Position numbers and translations under genes: made by a program. Shown here piece after piece: positions 35,125 to 48,700 of a stretch of 64,000 bases of DNA; within the stretch, counting starts at the first letter, position 1, and every line of letters begins with the position of its first letter. Source of the stretch: Schmidtea nova (taxonomy: Eukaryota); NCBI GenBank assembly GCA_044892505.1, contig CM097883.1:213032001-213096000 (forward strand). Direction: 5' to 3'. The notes beneath the pieces are model-generated. The model was not told the DNA's origin. It saw only the letters and a program-made list of their open reading frames with translations, and did not search any database.

Positions 35125-35739
35125 TTTATGTTGAACTTACTGAGTTGGCGTTTTTCTATAATTAAATCATTGCNNNNNNNNNNNNNNNNNNNNNNNNNNN
35201 NNNNNNNNNNNNNNNNNNNNNNNNNNNNNNNNNNNNNNNNNNNNNNNNNNNNNNNNNNNNNNNNNNNNNNNNNNNNNNNNNNNNNNNNNNNNNNNNNNNN
35301 NNNNNNNNNACATTTGTTTTTATCTGAAATGGCAAATGAGTTATTGTATAATTCTTTAAATTTATTTTTATCCTTTAACATAAAACAAGTCATCCGTATC
35401 ACTCCTTCGTCTCATTAGTCGCCGTTGTACAACCCAAGTGTAAATCCGCGAGATCATTAATTGGTTATTTTTCATTAATTTAATTTTTAAAAATGGAAAA
35501 GCAAAACCTTTTGTGAAAACATTTAATAGAAATTTAATAAAAAAATATAATTAAGATAACACGTGGATCTTTTGCTTTGTTATGTAAAATGTTTATATGC
35601 CTCAATTTTTTGTTTGAATAATATATTTGAATATAAATAGAGAATATAATAGAATCTCTGAATAATCCAATTCAAAAATTTATTTAATTAAAACTTTTAT
35701 AGATATTTTTTGTTTTTTATGAATAAAAGAAATTTGCGA

Positions 35740-36000
35740 AACATCACTTATCTTTATGTACAGTGCTAACATTTCATAATGTAATTGTTTGGTGCAGTGG
35801 TTTGAATTTTATTGAACTATATGATCTTTAGTCTGACCTACATACACCAACATGAAAATCTTTGTCCTTTCCGCTTGGCAACATTGGTACTGTTGCCTGC
35901 AAAAGGTTACCTGCTAATGCCCAGACAATTCATTGGGTTTAGGTACAATCGATAGAAAATTATGGTACTTGTAATTCTGCTCTCTTTATTATGTCTTAAA
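35740..36000 (-). pseudogene. Possible additional GIY-YIG (PLE) remnant
   Basis: VYVGQTKDH motif with upstream cysteines; heavily degraded. Confidence 0.3.
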
Positions 36001-36280
36001 CTTAATCTTTATTATTAACAATCTTCAAAATTATTATCTTCAAAGAATATCTTTATCGTTTAATGTATTTCGAAACAGCTTTTTTAAACTCTATTTTCTT
36101 CATGACTTGTTAACACTTCGCCTATACTTGAATCCTTAATTATCTCTTCACTGTACAATTTTATCAGACGAAAACAAAAAGAAAACTTTTAAACATAACA
36201 AATAAAATATAGCTAGACTAGGATAATATATTTATTTCTACTATACATTCCATTATTTTTGCTTTATACGCATAATCCTA

Positions 36281-36922
36281 AGTAGGTAAAAGTGTAGAGA
36301 GGGGAACAAAGTCATATGACTCATTGGTGACTCATCGATGACTCATAACAAAGAACATGAATCATTCCCGATGACTCACATAATGATTAATCACTATGAC
36401 TCACTCAGTGACTCATCGTCATGACTCATCGATGCTGTCATCGATGACTCATCCCTAGGTCAAAATTTTTAATTTGAATTTCCAAAGGTCAAAAAAGGTC
36501 AAACCTTAAAATAAGGTATCATGCAATGGTCTTCAAGAGGTACATGCGATGATCATATCTTTGAAGGTCTAAGCGGAACTGTACCTTCAAGAGGTCGAAA
36601 ACCTTCAAATTTTTTAAACCTTACATAGTACATATCGTTTGAAAGGCCTTTAATAGGTGCTCGTGATGGTCATGCAATCGAAGGTTTATGGTATATCAAA
36701 AACTTCAAAGGTCTCTAAACTTAAATCTTTTTTAAACCTTACAAGTTATATATCATTCGAAAGGTCTTTGGGCGGTGAGTTCGAAGGTCATCGCTATAAC
36801 TCATCAGAATGACTCATCAATGACGTAAAGTTTTATATCAATGAGTCATAATATTAGTCATTTGGGATGAGTCATCGATGAGTCATATGTCTTTGAACCC
36901 GACTCCAACAGTTCTACCTACT
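36281..36922. mobile_element. MITE-like element with imperfect TIRs (AGTAGG...CCTACT) and 12 TGA(C/G)TCA motifs
   Basis: Left AAGTAGGTAAAAGTGTAGAGAGGGGAACAAAGTCATATGACTCAT vs right (rc) AAGTAGGTAGAACTGTTGGAGTCGGGTTCAAAGACATATGACTCAT; no TSD found. Confidence 0.65.
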
Positions 36923-39900
36923 TTCATGTTTGTATGACAAGAGGAGCCATCTTCTATAGCTGTTGTCTCATCCGTTCTACTTTATCGGAATTTGATTTTA
37001 GAGATGTATTTTTCTTAGCTGATTTTAGCATGGGTTCTTTTTGTTCACTTAGGAATAATTTATTCGGCTAAATTCAACGGCTTTGTTGCTTTTGTTAGGA
37101 CCTCGCAAATGTCCCTCTAGTTTTGGAAAATGAACACTCTCTATCGCACTTTTAAAACTCTAATCTCCATCATATTCTGGTTGACCTGATTCTTTAAGAC
37201 TTCAACCTGCTGCTGGGCTGTTTCATTTTTTCTGCACTAAATCACATGTTCTCTAATTTTCAGCAACTTTGTAATAGGTTTACTACACTTTTTTTGTCTC
37301 TAACCTCTGTTTGTTAGCTTCCTTTATTGCTATTTCCAGAATTTGGCTATCGTTTTCATCTATAACAAAAAATACTAATATAAGTCCATCAGGTCTCGTC
37401 AATTCTTAAATTTTCTTAAACTAAATAATATTTCGGTATGATCCAATATCCATAACACACAAAAAGATACAATTCAAAGAAAAGAAATATTTATTTCAAA
37501 TACATGTAAAAAGATTAACAATGTTACTTGATACTACTCCCAGATTGATTTTTCTCTATTATTTGCTGTCTCCGTAGTTGATAATCATATTCTTTCTGTC
37601 CTGATTTTATTGTTTTCTTAAACGTAAACGGTGACGAGCTTTCTTATTGGGCTTACTTTGCTGAGTCTTGGTTCTCCTTCTGTCATAGTCATCATTGAGT
37701 GTGTCAATTGTTGATTTTGTACCCAAGTTCCGTTCTTGGTTGCTAAGTTGGCATAATGCATTTGGAGCCTCTGGTTCTGTTGGCTCTTTTTTGATGATTA
37801 CTATCTTTGAAAGCTCACTCTTTCGGTACGTATACCCTTATTCTCCCTCTAGATTACCATGGAAACAATGTACGTCAATAAAAGACCAGCTACCAGTCGG
37901 GGCATTATTTACTGGAGCCTAAAGAAGGCTAAATACTAATTTAAATTCAAGAAGGTGAATGCTAAAAATAAAGTTTTAAATTTTTTTTGAGTTTTTTATG
38001 TCGGTAAGTATGTTAATTTTAATATGACCTTGACGTGATTCTATTAAAACAACTCTTATGAAATCATTTATTTTTTCGCTAATTTGTTATTGTTTTTCTT
38101 TTCTAAATCTAATTCCAGCAAAACATTCTGATAATATTACTAATAATTTTTAAATTTAATAATTTTTAAAATTTATTTAATATATTTCTTATAAAATTGC
38201 TAATTTTTATCTGAAATTTAAATTTTAACACTTACAATATAAATATTATTTCCGCATATTTTCTAAATTTAATTCTTCATTTTTCTAAAAGAAATTTTCT
38301 AGTTTTCTTGCTCTCTGTTTTGTTCTTAGTTGTCTATGGGTTTTCGTGTTGTTTTCTTTATAAATTCCATACTTAATCCGTGCAAAAATTATTTTTTTTT
38401 AATATAATGTTTTTTCATTTTAATTTTGTATTTATTTTAAGCTATTTTAGAGAATTTATTGAGCGCCTGTGTAAGATTTGAATGCTCTTCCTGCACTTTT
38501 TTTCCTGCCTTTTCAACAAATTACATTAAATTTTTGATTTTGCCCGACATGAGTATTATTTTTTCACTTTTATGTGCTTCGATAATCAATTTTGTACTTC
38601 CAAATTCTAAACTTTCATTTTCTATTGTCTCATCCAAATACAAAACGACCTTACTCACTTTCAAAGATTTTTCATTCATGATAATAATATTTCATATTAA
38701 TCCTTCTAGCCATAATTTATTAGCCAATCTGTTAAAATATTTTATAAAAGAATTTCTGGTAAGAGAAATGTCTTAAAAATTTACTTTTAAATAATTTTTC
38801 AACTGATTTCTTTTCATTGAAGTAATTTATGATAATTAATATTCATTTAAACAAGAATTACCTTTACAAAAACGATGGATATGAGACTGCCTGATTAATT
38901 TACCTATTTCATTCTAATGTTTTTTTTTGTTTTTAACAATAATGTTTTTTTCAACAAACTATTTTTATTAAAATACTTTCAATTTAAATTAATTTAGGAA
39001 TTTTATTTAATTTTGAATTCTGATTTATTATTGTGCTTTAAATTAAACAAATGATTGTGAGATAGTTGAAAGATGGAATCTCTCTACAGCATAAAGAATC
39101 TATTAAGGAAAGGAAAATTTCGATAAATCATTTTTTTTGATACTGTAAAAATTATTTAAAAAATAAATTAATTAAAAAAATTAAAAAAAATTAAAAAAAA
39201 ATTATTTTTGAAATTTATTAACAAAAAATTATCCAACGAGATTAGAATTTGTTAAAATTTAATTAAATAATTAAAATGAGTAATGCATATTGGATAAAAT
39301 TATGACAACTGAATGCTTTTAGTAAAGGTTTTATAATAAGTTAAAATTTCTTTTGCCTAGATATAATTAAAATTATACTTTTGGTTTTTTTTTAATTTGT
39401 AACTACAAACTATTGCTAAATAATTTAACATTTTTAGTGAACATGTTTGTTTTTTTTAATTTTTTTTATCCAGAAACAGAATTTATGACTTTGGTTCCGT
39501 ATATAGCTCAACTTTTTTAATCATGCTTAAAACATTTGACTTAAAAAACAAGGAAATAGGATGTTGCGAATTATTGGTAATTCAGTGGATGTCTTTTTTA
39601 TCAGGAATAATCACCGTAAACAATCATGTTACGTTTTTGCAGATTTCAGCAAAGTAAATTTGGATGTTCCAGTTATTTAAGGAGTGTCTCTATGGCTTTT
39701 ATCTTTATAGTTTGATAATCTTTCGTCGTGGTCAAATTTATAACAAATATTCTAGAACGATATCTTACCAAAATATTTTAAAATTGACTATATATGGAAA
39801 CTTTAATTATCAATTTTAATTCTACTTTAAAAATTTTAAGAAGATTTTTTTCCTAAAAAAATAATATTCTTATAAAAGCGAAATAGTGTTGTGATATTTC

Positions 39901-40599
39901 TTTTCAGCATAATTTTGGCAATCTCCAAAAACCTCTACTAAAATGAAATCTCTTAAAGTTTTATCAAATTTTTCAATACATTTATAAATTTAATTCAATT
40001 AGATTATTTTAGTAAATTTTTCTTAATATAATAAAATGATATTATTTAGTTCTAAAATAATTTCTTCCTTTCAAAACTCAACTAATCCAATTTCTGTTAT
40101 GTGAATGTAATAAATTTAAAATAAAAGTTAATGTGTTTTGTATTTACAAAAACCAATAAAATAATGTTTTAAATAAAAATACTTAAAATTTAATTATGTA
40201 AAGATTTTAATTGCCGGACCACCCTCGATTCAAACTCGTCTGGACAAATAGATAAATTTTTGTATCAGAATTGCATGTTCTATTTTTATTTTAATTAAAA
40301 AATTAAAATGTTTTGTATTTATATTAAGTCAATGTATAATTCTGGAAAAACAGAATTAAACGCTTGCAATAATAAAATAAATAAAAAAGGATCTTTTAAA
40401 AGCTTTTGACTTTTATTCTACTTTATGTAATTGCTTAAATACTATCATAGATTTTCTTTACAATATAATTTTTATATGAAAAATTGAATTTAAAATTCTT
40501 AAAAATATAAGTAAAATTAATTTTAAATAATATATGATAATAATAAAATTATTTATAAAGTCAATACATAACACAACAAACATGGCACTAAAGTGATTA

Positions 40600-41490
40600 A
40601 AAACAAACGCCAATCTAAATATAGATTCTGCATAAAATAATTCGAGAACTTAATTCTCTTCATCAAGTGCTCCTCACTCTTCTATTCAAATATAAATCAA
40701 ATAAAATGATTTATCAAACAAATTAATAATAATTTTAAAAATAAAATGTATTTTATAAATTTTATAAAATAGTCAAAAAATTTAAAAAGATTAAAAAATT
40801 TTTAATTTAAATAAATTAATCTTAAAAATATAATATTCTCTTTTTTATAAAAAAATATTTTTTTAATAATATTTATAAATATTTTCATATTTATAAACAA
40901 CAGAATGATTGAAAACAAAATCTATAATCCCAATTGAAAATCCTCTAATACTCGAGTACAGAAAAGACGGTCAGTCTTCTCCGAAGTATGTGGCATTTCG
41001 CCCATGACATTTGAAATATTAAACGAGTATAGAACACAAATCAAAAGAAACAAATAAACATCGTCAATAATCACATCAGTTAATTTACTCAAACCACACT
41101 CAAAACTCACACTCACATATTCACAAACATCGATATGACTGAGCATTTTCAATTTGGGATTATAGATTTTGTTTTCAATCATTCTGTTGTTTATAAATAT
41201 GAAAATATTTATAAATATTCTTAAAAAAAATAATTTTTTATAAAAAAGAGAATATTATATTTTAAAGATTAATTAATTTAAATTAAAAAAATTTTTAATC
41301 GTTTTAAATTTTTTGACTATTTTATAAAATTTATACAATACATTTTATTTTTAAAATTATTATTAATTTGTTTGATAAATCATTTTATTTGATTTATATT
41401 TGAATGGAAGATTGAGTAGCACCTGATGAAGAGAATTAAGTTCTCGAAATATATTGTGCAGAATATATATTTGGATTGGCGTTTGTTTTT
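40600..41490. mobile_element. Palindromic PLE-type remnant: ~340-bp inverted arms around a ~200-bp core, with an outward-facing hammerhead in each arm
   Basis: 40600-40945 is the reverse complement of 41140-41490; the core has weak GIY-YIG-like STEKT / FEIL..R..KP text. Confidence 0.7.
41419..41459 (+). ncRNA. Minimal type I hammerhead ribozyme, canonical core
   Basis: GCAC-CTGATGA-A-GAGAA-TTAAG-TTCTC-GAAA-TATA-TT-GTGC; a mutated mirror copy lies at ~40630-40670 (-). Confidence 0.85.
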
Positions 41491-41559
41491 ATTTATAAAG
41501 TGTTGACAGAATAATCAGAGTCGAGAAATCACACTGTTGTGTCTGGGTTAATATTAAAA

Positions 41560-41800
41560 TAAAAAAAAATTAATTAATTGAAAAATTAACTAAAAATTAA
41601 TATTCATCCTGGGAAATTGGTAAGGTTGAACACCAAATCAAAAGATGAATTCAATAATAATAAAATATTAATAAAGGATCCTCAGAAAAAGTTATATTGA
41701 AAAAATAAGAATTAACAAAAAATTAATTAATCGCTCAATGGGAAACCCAAGGCAATGAGAAACCCGAGCGCATAGAGACCCTAGAGATCAAAGGCGGGTA
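41560..41800 (+). repeat. Unclassified interspersed repeat homologous to ~5240-5460 (minus strand)
   Basis: Shared GGGAAA(C/T)TGGTA, ATGA..TGAATTCAA, AATGGGAAACC and CCGAGCG blocks. Confidence 0.55.
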
Positions 41801-42375
41801 ATTGCATAAAGTAATTAGGGATAACATCCACCCAGGAGATGAACAACTTAATTTGTGGTTGGGCCAATTAGGCAAGCGATTCTCAATTTTCATGTAGACC
41901 CAGAATTAGAAAATATAAAAAAATATAAAAAATATATTAAAACATATAAAAAGACAGTGGAATAGAAAAAGGCTGCCAGTGGTTCAAATTTAAAAATTGA
42001 AAAAAATAATTGCCAGGGGTCACAAAGAATAAAATAAAAAAAATAAAAAAGCGGAGTCCTGAAAAGATAATAAATGAAGTGAGAAAAGATTTTAGTAAAA
42101 TTTATTCAAATAGAGCCTATAAGAAAAGGCTCTTACCCCTTGGGTTATATGCCCTAATGTAACTCAAATCGGAAAAAAGAGGAAGTGTAAATTATTAAAA
42201 TTATAAATTGTATTGATTAAAATGAATTTATATCAAAGCCAATTGTATTTGTCATGACAATTAAATAATATATTCTGTGTTCGGTTCTATTAATTTTCGA
42301 TTAAAAAAAGGACAAGAATAGTGAGATATTTGAACCGATCTTAAACAAATAATATATATATGTGTGTGTGTGTTA

Positions 42376-42907
42376 CAGTTAAAGCACGTAAATTGCAGTG
42401 AGTGTAAACACTAACTAGTTGATGCATACTTACTTATTGTTTTAGTGAAAGTATACATTATTTCAAATGATACATACTGTATCTAGTCAATGCATTCATC
42501 AACTAGTGAGTGTATACACCCACTGATTCGCATAGAGAATAGTATTAGTTGAACGATTCTAGCCTCAAAATATTAAAGACTCGTGCTAGTTGAGTCTACT
42601 GGAAATAGAAATCTTGCGAAATTTACGAAAACAGATTATGAAAAAACACTAATTTATTAATAAATAATAAATAAATTTAATAAAAATTAATAAATAAATT
42701 GTAAAAATATTTATAATATATGACAGTAGATATTAAACAAACCATTGAAATACTTAATAACTAATCTACAGTAGAAGGTGTATACAGTGTATACTATACA
42801 CTAACTAGTGTTCTCAAATTTATTTGTGTATACTCCCTCTGATTAGTTTAGTTAAAGTATACTTTAGCTAGTGGGTGTATACATTGAATTAGTTGATGCT
42901 GTAACTG
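42376..42907. mobile_element. Tc1/mariner-type MITE (TA TSD, CAGTTA(A/C)AGCA TIRs)
   Basis: TA|CAGTTAAAGCA ... TGCTGTAACTG|TA; second copy from 50074 to the gap. Confidence 0.8.
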
Positions 42908-43200
42908 TAATATATATATATATATATTTCACTTCTTTTATAAATATGTTTTTTAATAATAATCTTTAAAATTTAATATTTTAAAAAAGGGCTAAAATGG
43001 ATAAATTTGTTTTAAATTATTAAAATTTGTTAATATTATAAAAATAATTTCAAATGTTCAAATGCTGTAAAGTATTACTGAATTCAATAAAATAACTTTT
43101 AAAATCTTCCCTGGTTGTCCCTAGGAGCCCCTCGCACAAGGTGGATAACTAAAGCTTATAAAATATATTTTTAAAACCCTTGAATATTTTACTAAAACTA

Positions 43201-44451
43201 CGTGGTGCGCCCAATAAGTCGTGAGACTAATATAGAAATAATAATAGTAAAAAGATTGATACAGACATATTTAAACTTCAACATATATAGGAAGAGAAAA
43301 TGTATTTTTGTTTTAATAATCCATTATTGTTTAAGTATATTTTTGCGAACATTCGAAAAATGCCTCTGGAAACTATTCGATACCGTAGCGTTATTCGCTT
43401 TCTCTTTCTGAAAGGAAAAAATAGAGAAGAGGTTCTTTCGTAACTGAAAGCTGTTTACCAACAAGAGTGCCCATCCACAGCAACATTTATCATTGGTTCA
43501 ATTACTTTCAGAGGGGTAGAACCTCCGTGGTGGACGAAGAAAGATCGGGAAGACCCTCAGAAATTGATGAAAAAATAGCGCAAAAGATTCAGACAATCGT
43601 GCAAAACGAGAGAAAAATAACGACGAGAGGGCTCACAACCCGTCTAAATGTGAGCAAAGGCACTGTGCATACTCTCGTCACTGAAAGTGGGATTCGAAAG
43701 CTATGTTCCCGTTTTGTGTCACGCTTCTTAACGGTGGAAATGCGACAACGATGCATGACCAATGTTGGAGACAATTTCATTGATAATATCATTACTGTGG
43801 ACGAAACACCGTTGTCCCTTTATGTCCCAGAATCTAAAAGAGAGTCTCAAGAATGGAAACTGCCAGGAGAAAGCAGCTCACTGAAAATGCGGTCCTCAAC
43901 TTGCCACCGAAAAGCTCTCATGCTGACGGTGTTTTGGGACGCCAATGTCATTATTCTGACTGACTTTGCTGAATCCGGCGTCAAGATCAATAGTTCTTAC
44001 AACTCCAACATCGTGCAGCAAGCAAGGAAGGCATGACGCAAGAGCAGAGTGTGTGATCTCTATTTTTTACACGATAATGCTCCCATACACACCAGCAGCG
44101 TTTCCATGGCCAAAATTGAGCGTTGCGGGCTCAATTTACTTCCCCATTCACCATACAGCCCCAATTTGGCTCCCTTCGATTTTTTCCTGTTTAACCATCT
44201 TAAGAAGCATCTGCGGGGCCAGGTGTTTGCCAACAAACATGATTTGAGAGCAGCCGTAGAGAGTTTTCTGGGAGAAAAGCCTCCAGAATTCTTCAAAAAC
44301 GCCTTCGAAAACCTGGGAAAATTGTGTCAGTGCAGAAGGAAATTATTTTGAGAAATGATTCCTATTTACCATGTTTGTTCTAAATACAAAGTTTTGTGTT
44401 GATATCTTAGGTCGTTCTATTTTAGTCTCACAACTTATTGGGCGCACCGCG
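43201..44451 (+). mobile_element. Full-length mariner element (D,D34D; irritans-like) with a disrupted transposase (43360-44351)
   Basis: 28-bp TIRs with 2 mismatches, TA TSDs at 43199 and 44452; RYRSVIRFLFLKGK, RSGRP, ITVDET, HDNAPIH-34aa-D, YSPNLAPFD; stops and frameshifts. Confidence 0.95.
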
Positions 44452-45732
44452 TATTTAACAAATTTCATCATAATTTAACTTAAATTTAAAGTTTACTCTA
44501 TTTTTACTTTGCAAATAATTACAAGTAATTCATTAATAAATTAAATAATATGAAGAAACTCCACAAATTTATTTTTACAATAAATAATTAACAATTTTTA
44601 TTGATTAAAATATCCAAAATTATCCAAAAACATTTTCCTTTCAACCGCTAATTTTATTTTCAAAATTCAAATATTTCTCCATAAAATTCCAAAATATCAA
44701 TTTAAAATCAATAGAAAATTTTCAGGAAATTTAAGTTATTAATTAGGGACTCGAGAAAAATTGTCTAAATGGGGGTAAATTAATTATTTGGAAGTCTGTC
44801 ACTTAACCTTTCTTTCACATATTGTCTGGCCTCACTCACTGACAATATAATGAAGATTTTCGGAAAGTAATAAAATTTCTTTAATGCTTTACAATTTCTT
44901 TTTCTTTATTCAGTTGTCAATTTGTAGAACTTTTTTGGAAGAAATTTACCGCCAAAAATAGAAATTAGCGCTAAATTTTGTTTGAATTAATCTGTTTTAA
45001 ATAAATGATTCAGAAAAAATTCATTTTTCACACAATAATAAAAATGTTGAGATTATAAATAAAACTGATAGAAAATAAATATAGAACTCAATGAAGTAAT
45101 TAATGGAACAATTTTGATTGAAAATTTAAAATTTTTCGAGAGAAAAATTAAATAATTAAAATAAAATAAAAATTTTTTATTAAAAACAATTTCTAATATG
45201 AGAAAGCTAATGAAAAAAAAGGTTAATGAAAAATAATTGTTAGGTAATCAAATAAAATCTCTATTATTTTGAAAAGGCGCCCAAATGAATTTATCCTAAA
45301 AAGATTATCAAAAGGGAGTTTGTTGGAGGTTGTTTTAACTGATACCCATTAATTGCAAGGATAATTACAAAATCAAAATTTCGGCTTTTATTCTCAGTTA
45401 GTGAAACAAAAATAAACGAATACTATCAAATGAAAAACTTTGAATAAATTAGAAAGCTAACCAAATAAAGGAACATTTTCGCAACGATTTGTGAATATTA
45501 AATAAACGGTAATTATTGTTGCAAACAATTTAAAACGTTTCTCAATATTTGTGCACATTTTGTGCACCGTTTGTAATAATGAGTGTTTATCAGTAAACAA
45601 TTGGATTGTTGCTTGTTATCGGATTTAAAGAACAATAGAAGTCAGTAACTAACCGCGTGACCACTAATTATAAACCTTCAAAACAGGTTTTTGTGGATGG
45701 TAGGGTAATGGGCAATCCAGAATTGCAGAGGG

Positions 45733-48700
45733 CAGGCCTTATTTTAACTTGCAGTGATAACCAATTTGTGCAGTGATAAAATGTAATGTTTTTGTTAGAA
45801 ATTTTGAATTAGCGTGAAGTGTAATGTAATTTCTTATCATCTTGATATTGCTCCCCTGTTAATTTCATGCGCTTGGTCCTTATTTCAATCACAGGATAGT
45901 GAGCCGCCTCATCCATAAGCAAAACAGACGTTTCATTTACTGGTCGCATTGAAAGCAACAAACCATGTTCTCCCTCATACTTTTATTTCACTCACACAAC
46001 TAAGGAACTTACTTCTCTCTTCTGGAGTACCCTTGGCATGTAATGTACTTGTGTGCAAACAACCTATCCAACTGTGACAGAGCCATCGCGCATGTGCCTC
46101 TCTGTCCATATAAATGTATGACCTTATAGAGAGAGTTGTTTGTCTTTCGCCTATCACAGACAGTCCTGTCAAAATATTTAATACAATGTATACACACGCT
46201 AGCGATTGATAACCTATACACACGTAATTCTGATACTTTTAGCTGGAAAGCCTGCAAACACGATGTGCATTAAAATTGTCCGGCAAACAGAAGGGACTAG
46301 CGAACTAGCCACAAAAGTTTGTCTGTGTGAAGGTGTGAATAGACTTTGCTGATTATGGAATTAGGTTTACATACAACGTTTTTATGAATAGATGGTGTAG
46401 TTTATAAAATTATCTAATACGGGAATGGAATCCATGCGTGTGAATAAAATGTGCTTGAATACAGTCTACTGTCTCCTCCCCCTCATTTAAGTGTTGAAGC
46501 ATACCCTCCTTTGGCCCTTTTTAAACAGTAGACTCGTCTACAACCAGTTTGTGAACCACGCACTAAGTATTTTTCCGCTGCCCGTGAATTCATTTTCCAG
46601 CATTCAGTTGTGATTGAATTAGCTCAGGTGTTCTTGTCTTGTCAATCTAAACGAACATCTTCGCTTTTTATTAACCATCTCCAAACATTCCTTCAGTCAG
46701 TGAATTGCACTCTATTGAATCTATTCCATCAACTAGTTCTTCATGTGTTGTAGCCGGGAACTCCGTTGATAATATTGAATCGTCTGACTCTTCGTCCATT
46801 GTGTCACAGAAGTGTATTGATCCTCATGTGTCTACTGATTCTAGATGTGATGTGTCTGAGAATACGGATTCCATTGAAACAACTGATTCTTCGTCTATTG
46901 CGCTGAAAAACTCTGTTGATCATAAATCACCAGCTGGCTTTTCGTGCGTCGAAAATGTGCCAAACCACAAAGGCCAGTGCAAACGTGAGCGATGCCGTAT
47001 TTGTAAAGAACAACAAGACACTGCTAAACGGTTCTGCTACCGCCAATATGCACTGAAAGTGGGACTGAACATCGAAGCGAGGTAATTAAAATACATTTGA
47101 ATAGTGACATCCATAAGGAGAGTTATAAAGCAGCTCATCTTGCATCCCTATCAATGTCTCAAAAACTTCAAGAAGTTCCTCTTATTAAATCAATCAACCA
47201 AATGAACACTACTCTTGCCGATAAAATCGGTGGACTGATGTACCATGTGTACAATGATGCCAGAAATCTAAAAATTTCAGCCTATTCTTTCCTATCTCGC
47301 GTAGTTGCTGCGGAAATGTCTAAATTATTCCACATTAATGAGCCTTTCACTCCTTTCTCATCATCCAACATAGACCTACAATATATTTCTCCTCTGTCAC
47401 AGCACGAGATGATGGAAGCAATCGTAGTGGCGGATATGCCACGCTTCAAGCGTGAGATCGAAACATGTCTTGATGCCTCCTTCCGGTTTGATTCTTCGAT
47501 GGATCGCACTAAAAAGGAGAACCAGTTCGAACTGATGAAAACGATAAACCTCAATGGCTATGGACGTTTACTATTCATTGGCATCGGGCAAGTCAGAGAA
47601 AGTGGAGTAACTGGACATTTAAAGGCAATCAAAGAAGAATCAGAAGAAACAGTTGGGTTTGATGCCTTGTTTAACATAATAACACACTTGTCAACGGATG
47701 GAGAACCGAAAAATGTCGGGAAACATGAAGGCCTCTGGCCTTTGCTTGATCGAGAACGAAAAGAGCGACAAAGCAGTTTGCCCTTACTTAAATCCGTCGG
47801 TGGTGTTCATAGTTCGGCTTTGGCTTTCAAGGATCTATGCAAAAATGTGACAGACATATCTCATTTACTCGAGAAGATTTCTGATATATCCACTTATTTT
47901 CCTATGAGCGCTAAGCGTTCAACCGAGCTCGAAACAGTTGCCAACGAAGGTGGACTGATAGTTCGACGTCTACCAAAATATTTTGAGGTTCCCTGGGCTC
48001 AATTCTCTCACTCACTCTTGGATGCTGTTCTCTCTTCCTGGCGAGCTCTAACATAGTATTTCAGCACATTGGAAGGTTCTCAAAACAAGAAATTTGGGAA
48101 AATTCTATCGAACAAAACAAATATCCAACTGATGGCGTTCATGGCTGATCTACTTTTTCTCCTAACTAATTTTCAAAAGCGGTTGCAGTCTGACTCAATC
48201 ACCATTGTCGACTTGCCGAAAGAAGTGTCCCATTTTCTCTAAAAGCTGGAAACTCTACAAGGAAAACCTCTGCTTGGAGGATGGGAAGAAGCTCTCTGTG
48301 TGAATCTTACGCCTAAGAATGTTTTACATGGTGTTCAACTTTGGGAAAAAGAACGTCAAATGATTGCGAGAAATATGTTTGTGTCAGAAGAAAGAGACTT
48401 TTCTGCTGTTCGGCAAGAAACAGTTCTAACAATGAAACATTTCATGGAATCTCGATTTGCTCTCAGTGACACATACACAAATGCCGCCACAAATTTTGTC
48501 ACTTTCAAGGTGAATGATGAGGATATACGGAGTGTTCATCACACATTTGCTCCTGACTACGATTAATGACCAATATACGGATGTTTTGCAAGGTCGCAAC
48601 GAGAACAAAAAACTTTTGGAGACACTCCAGCAAATGTGCAAGTCTGAGCAATATGATGAGCTAACTAAAGTGTTCAGCCGGATTTTGGTATGGAAGTCCC

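Noticed and set aside
38300-39760. Scattered protein-like frames and putative splice acceptors
   Set aside because: No recognisable motifs, multiple stops and no consistent exon chain.
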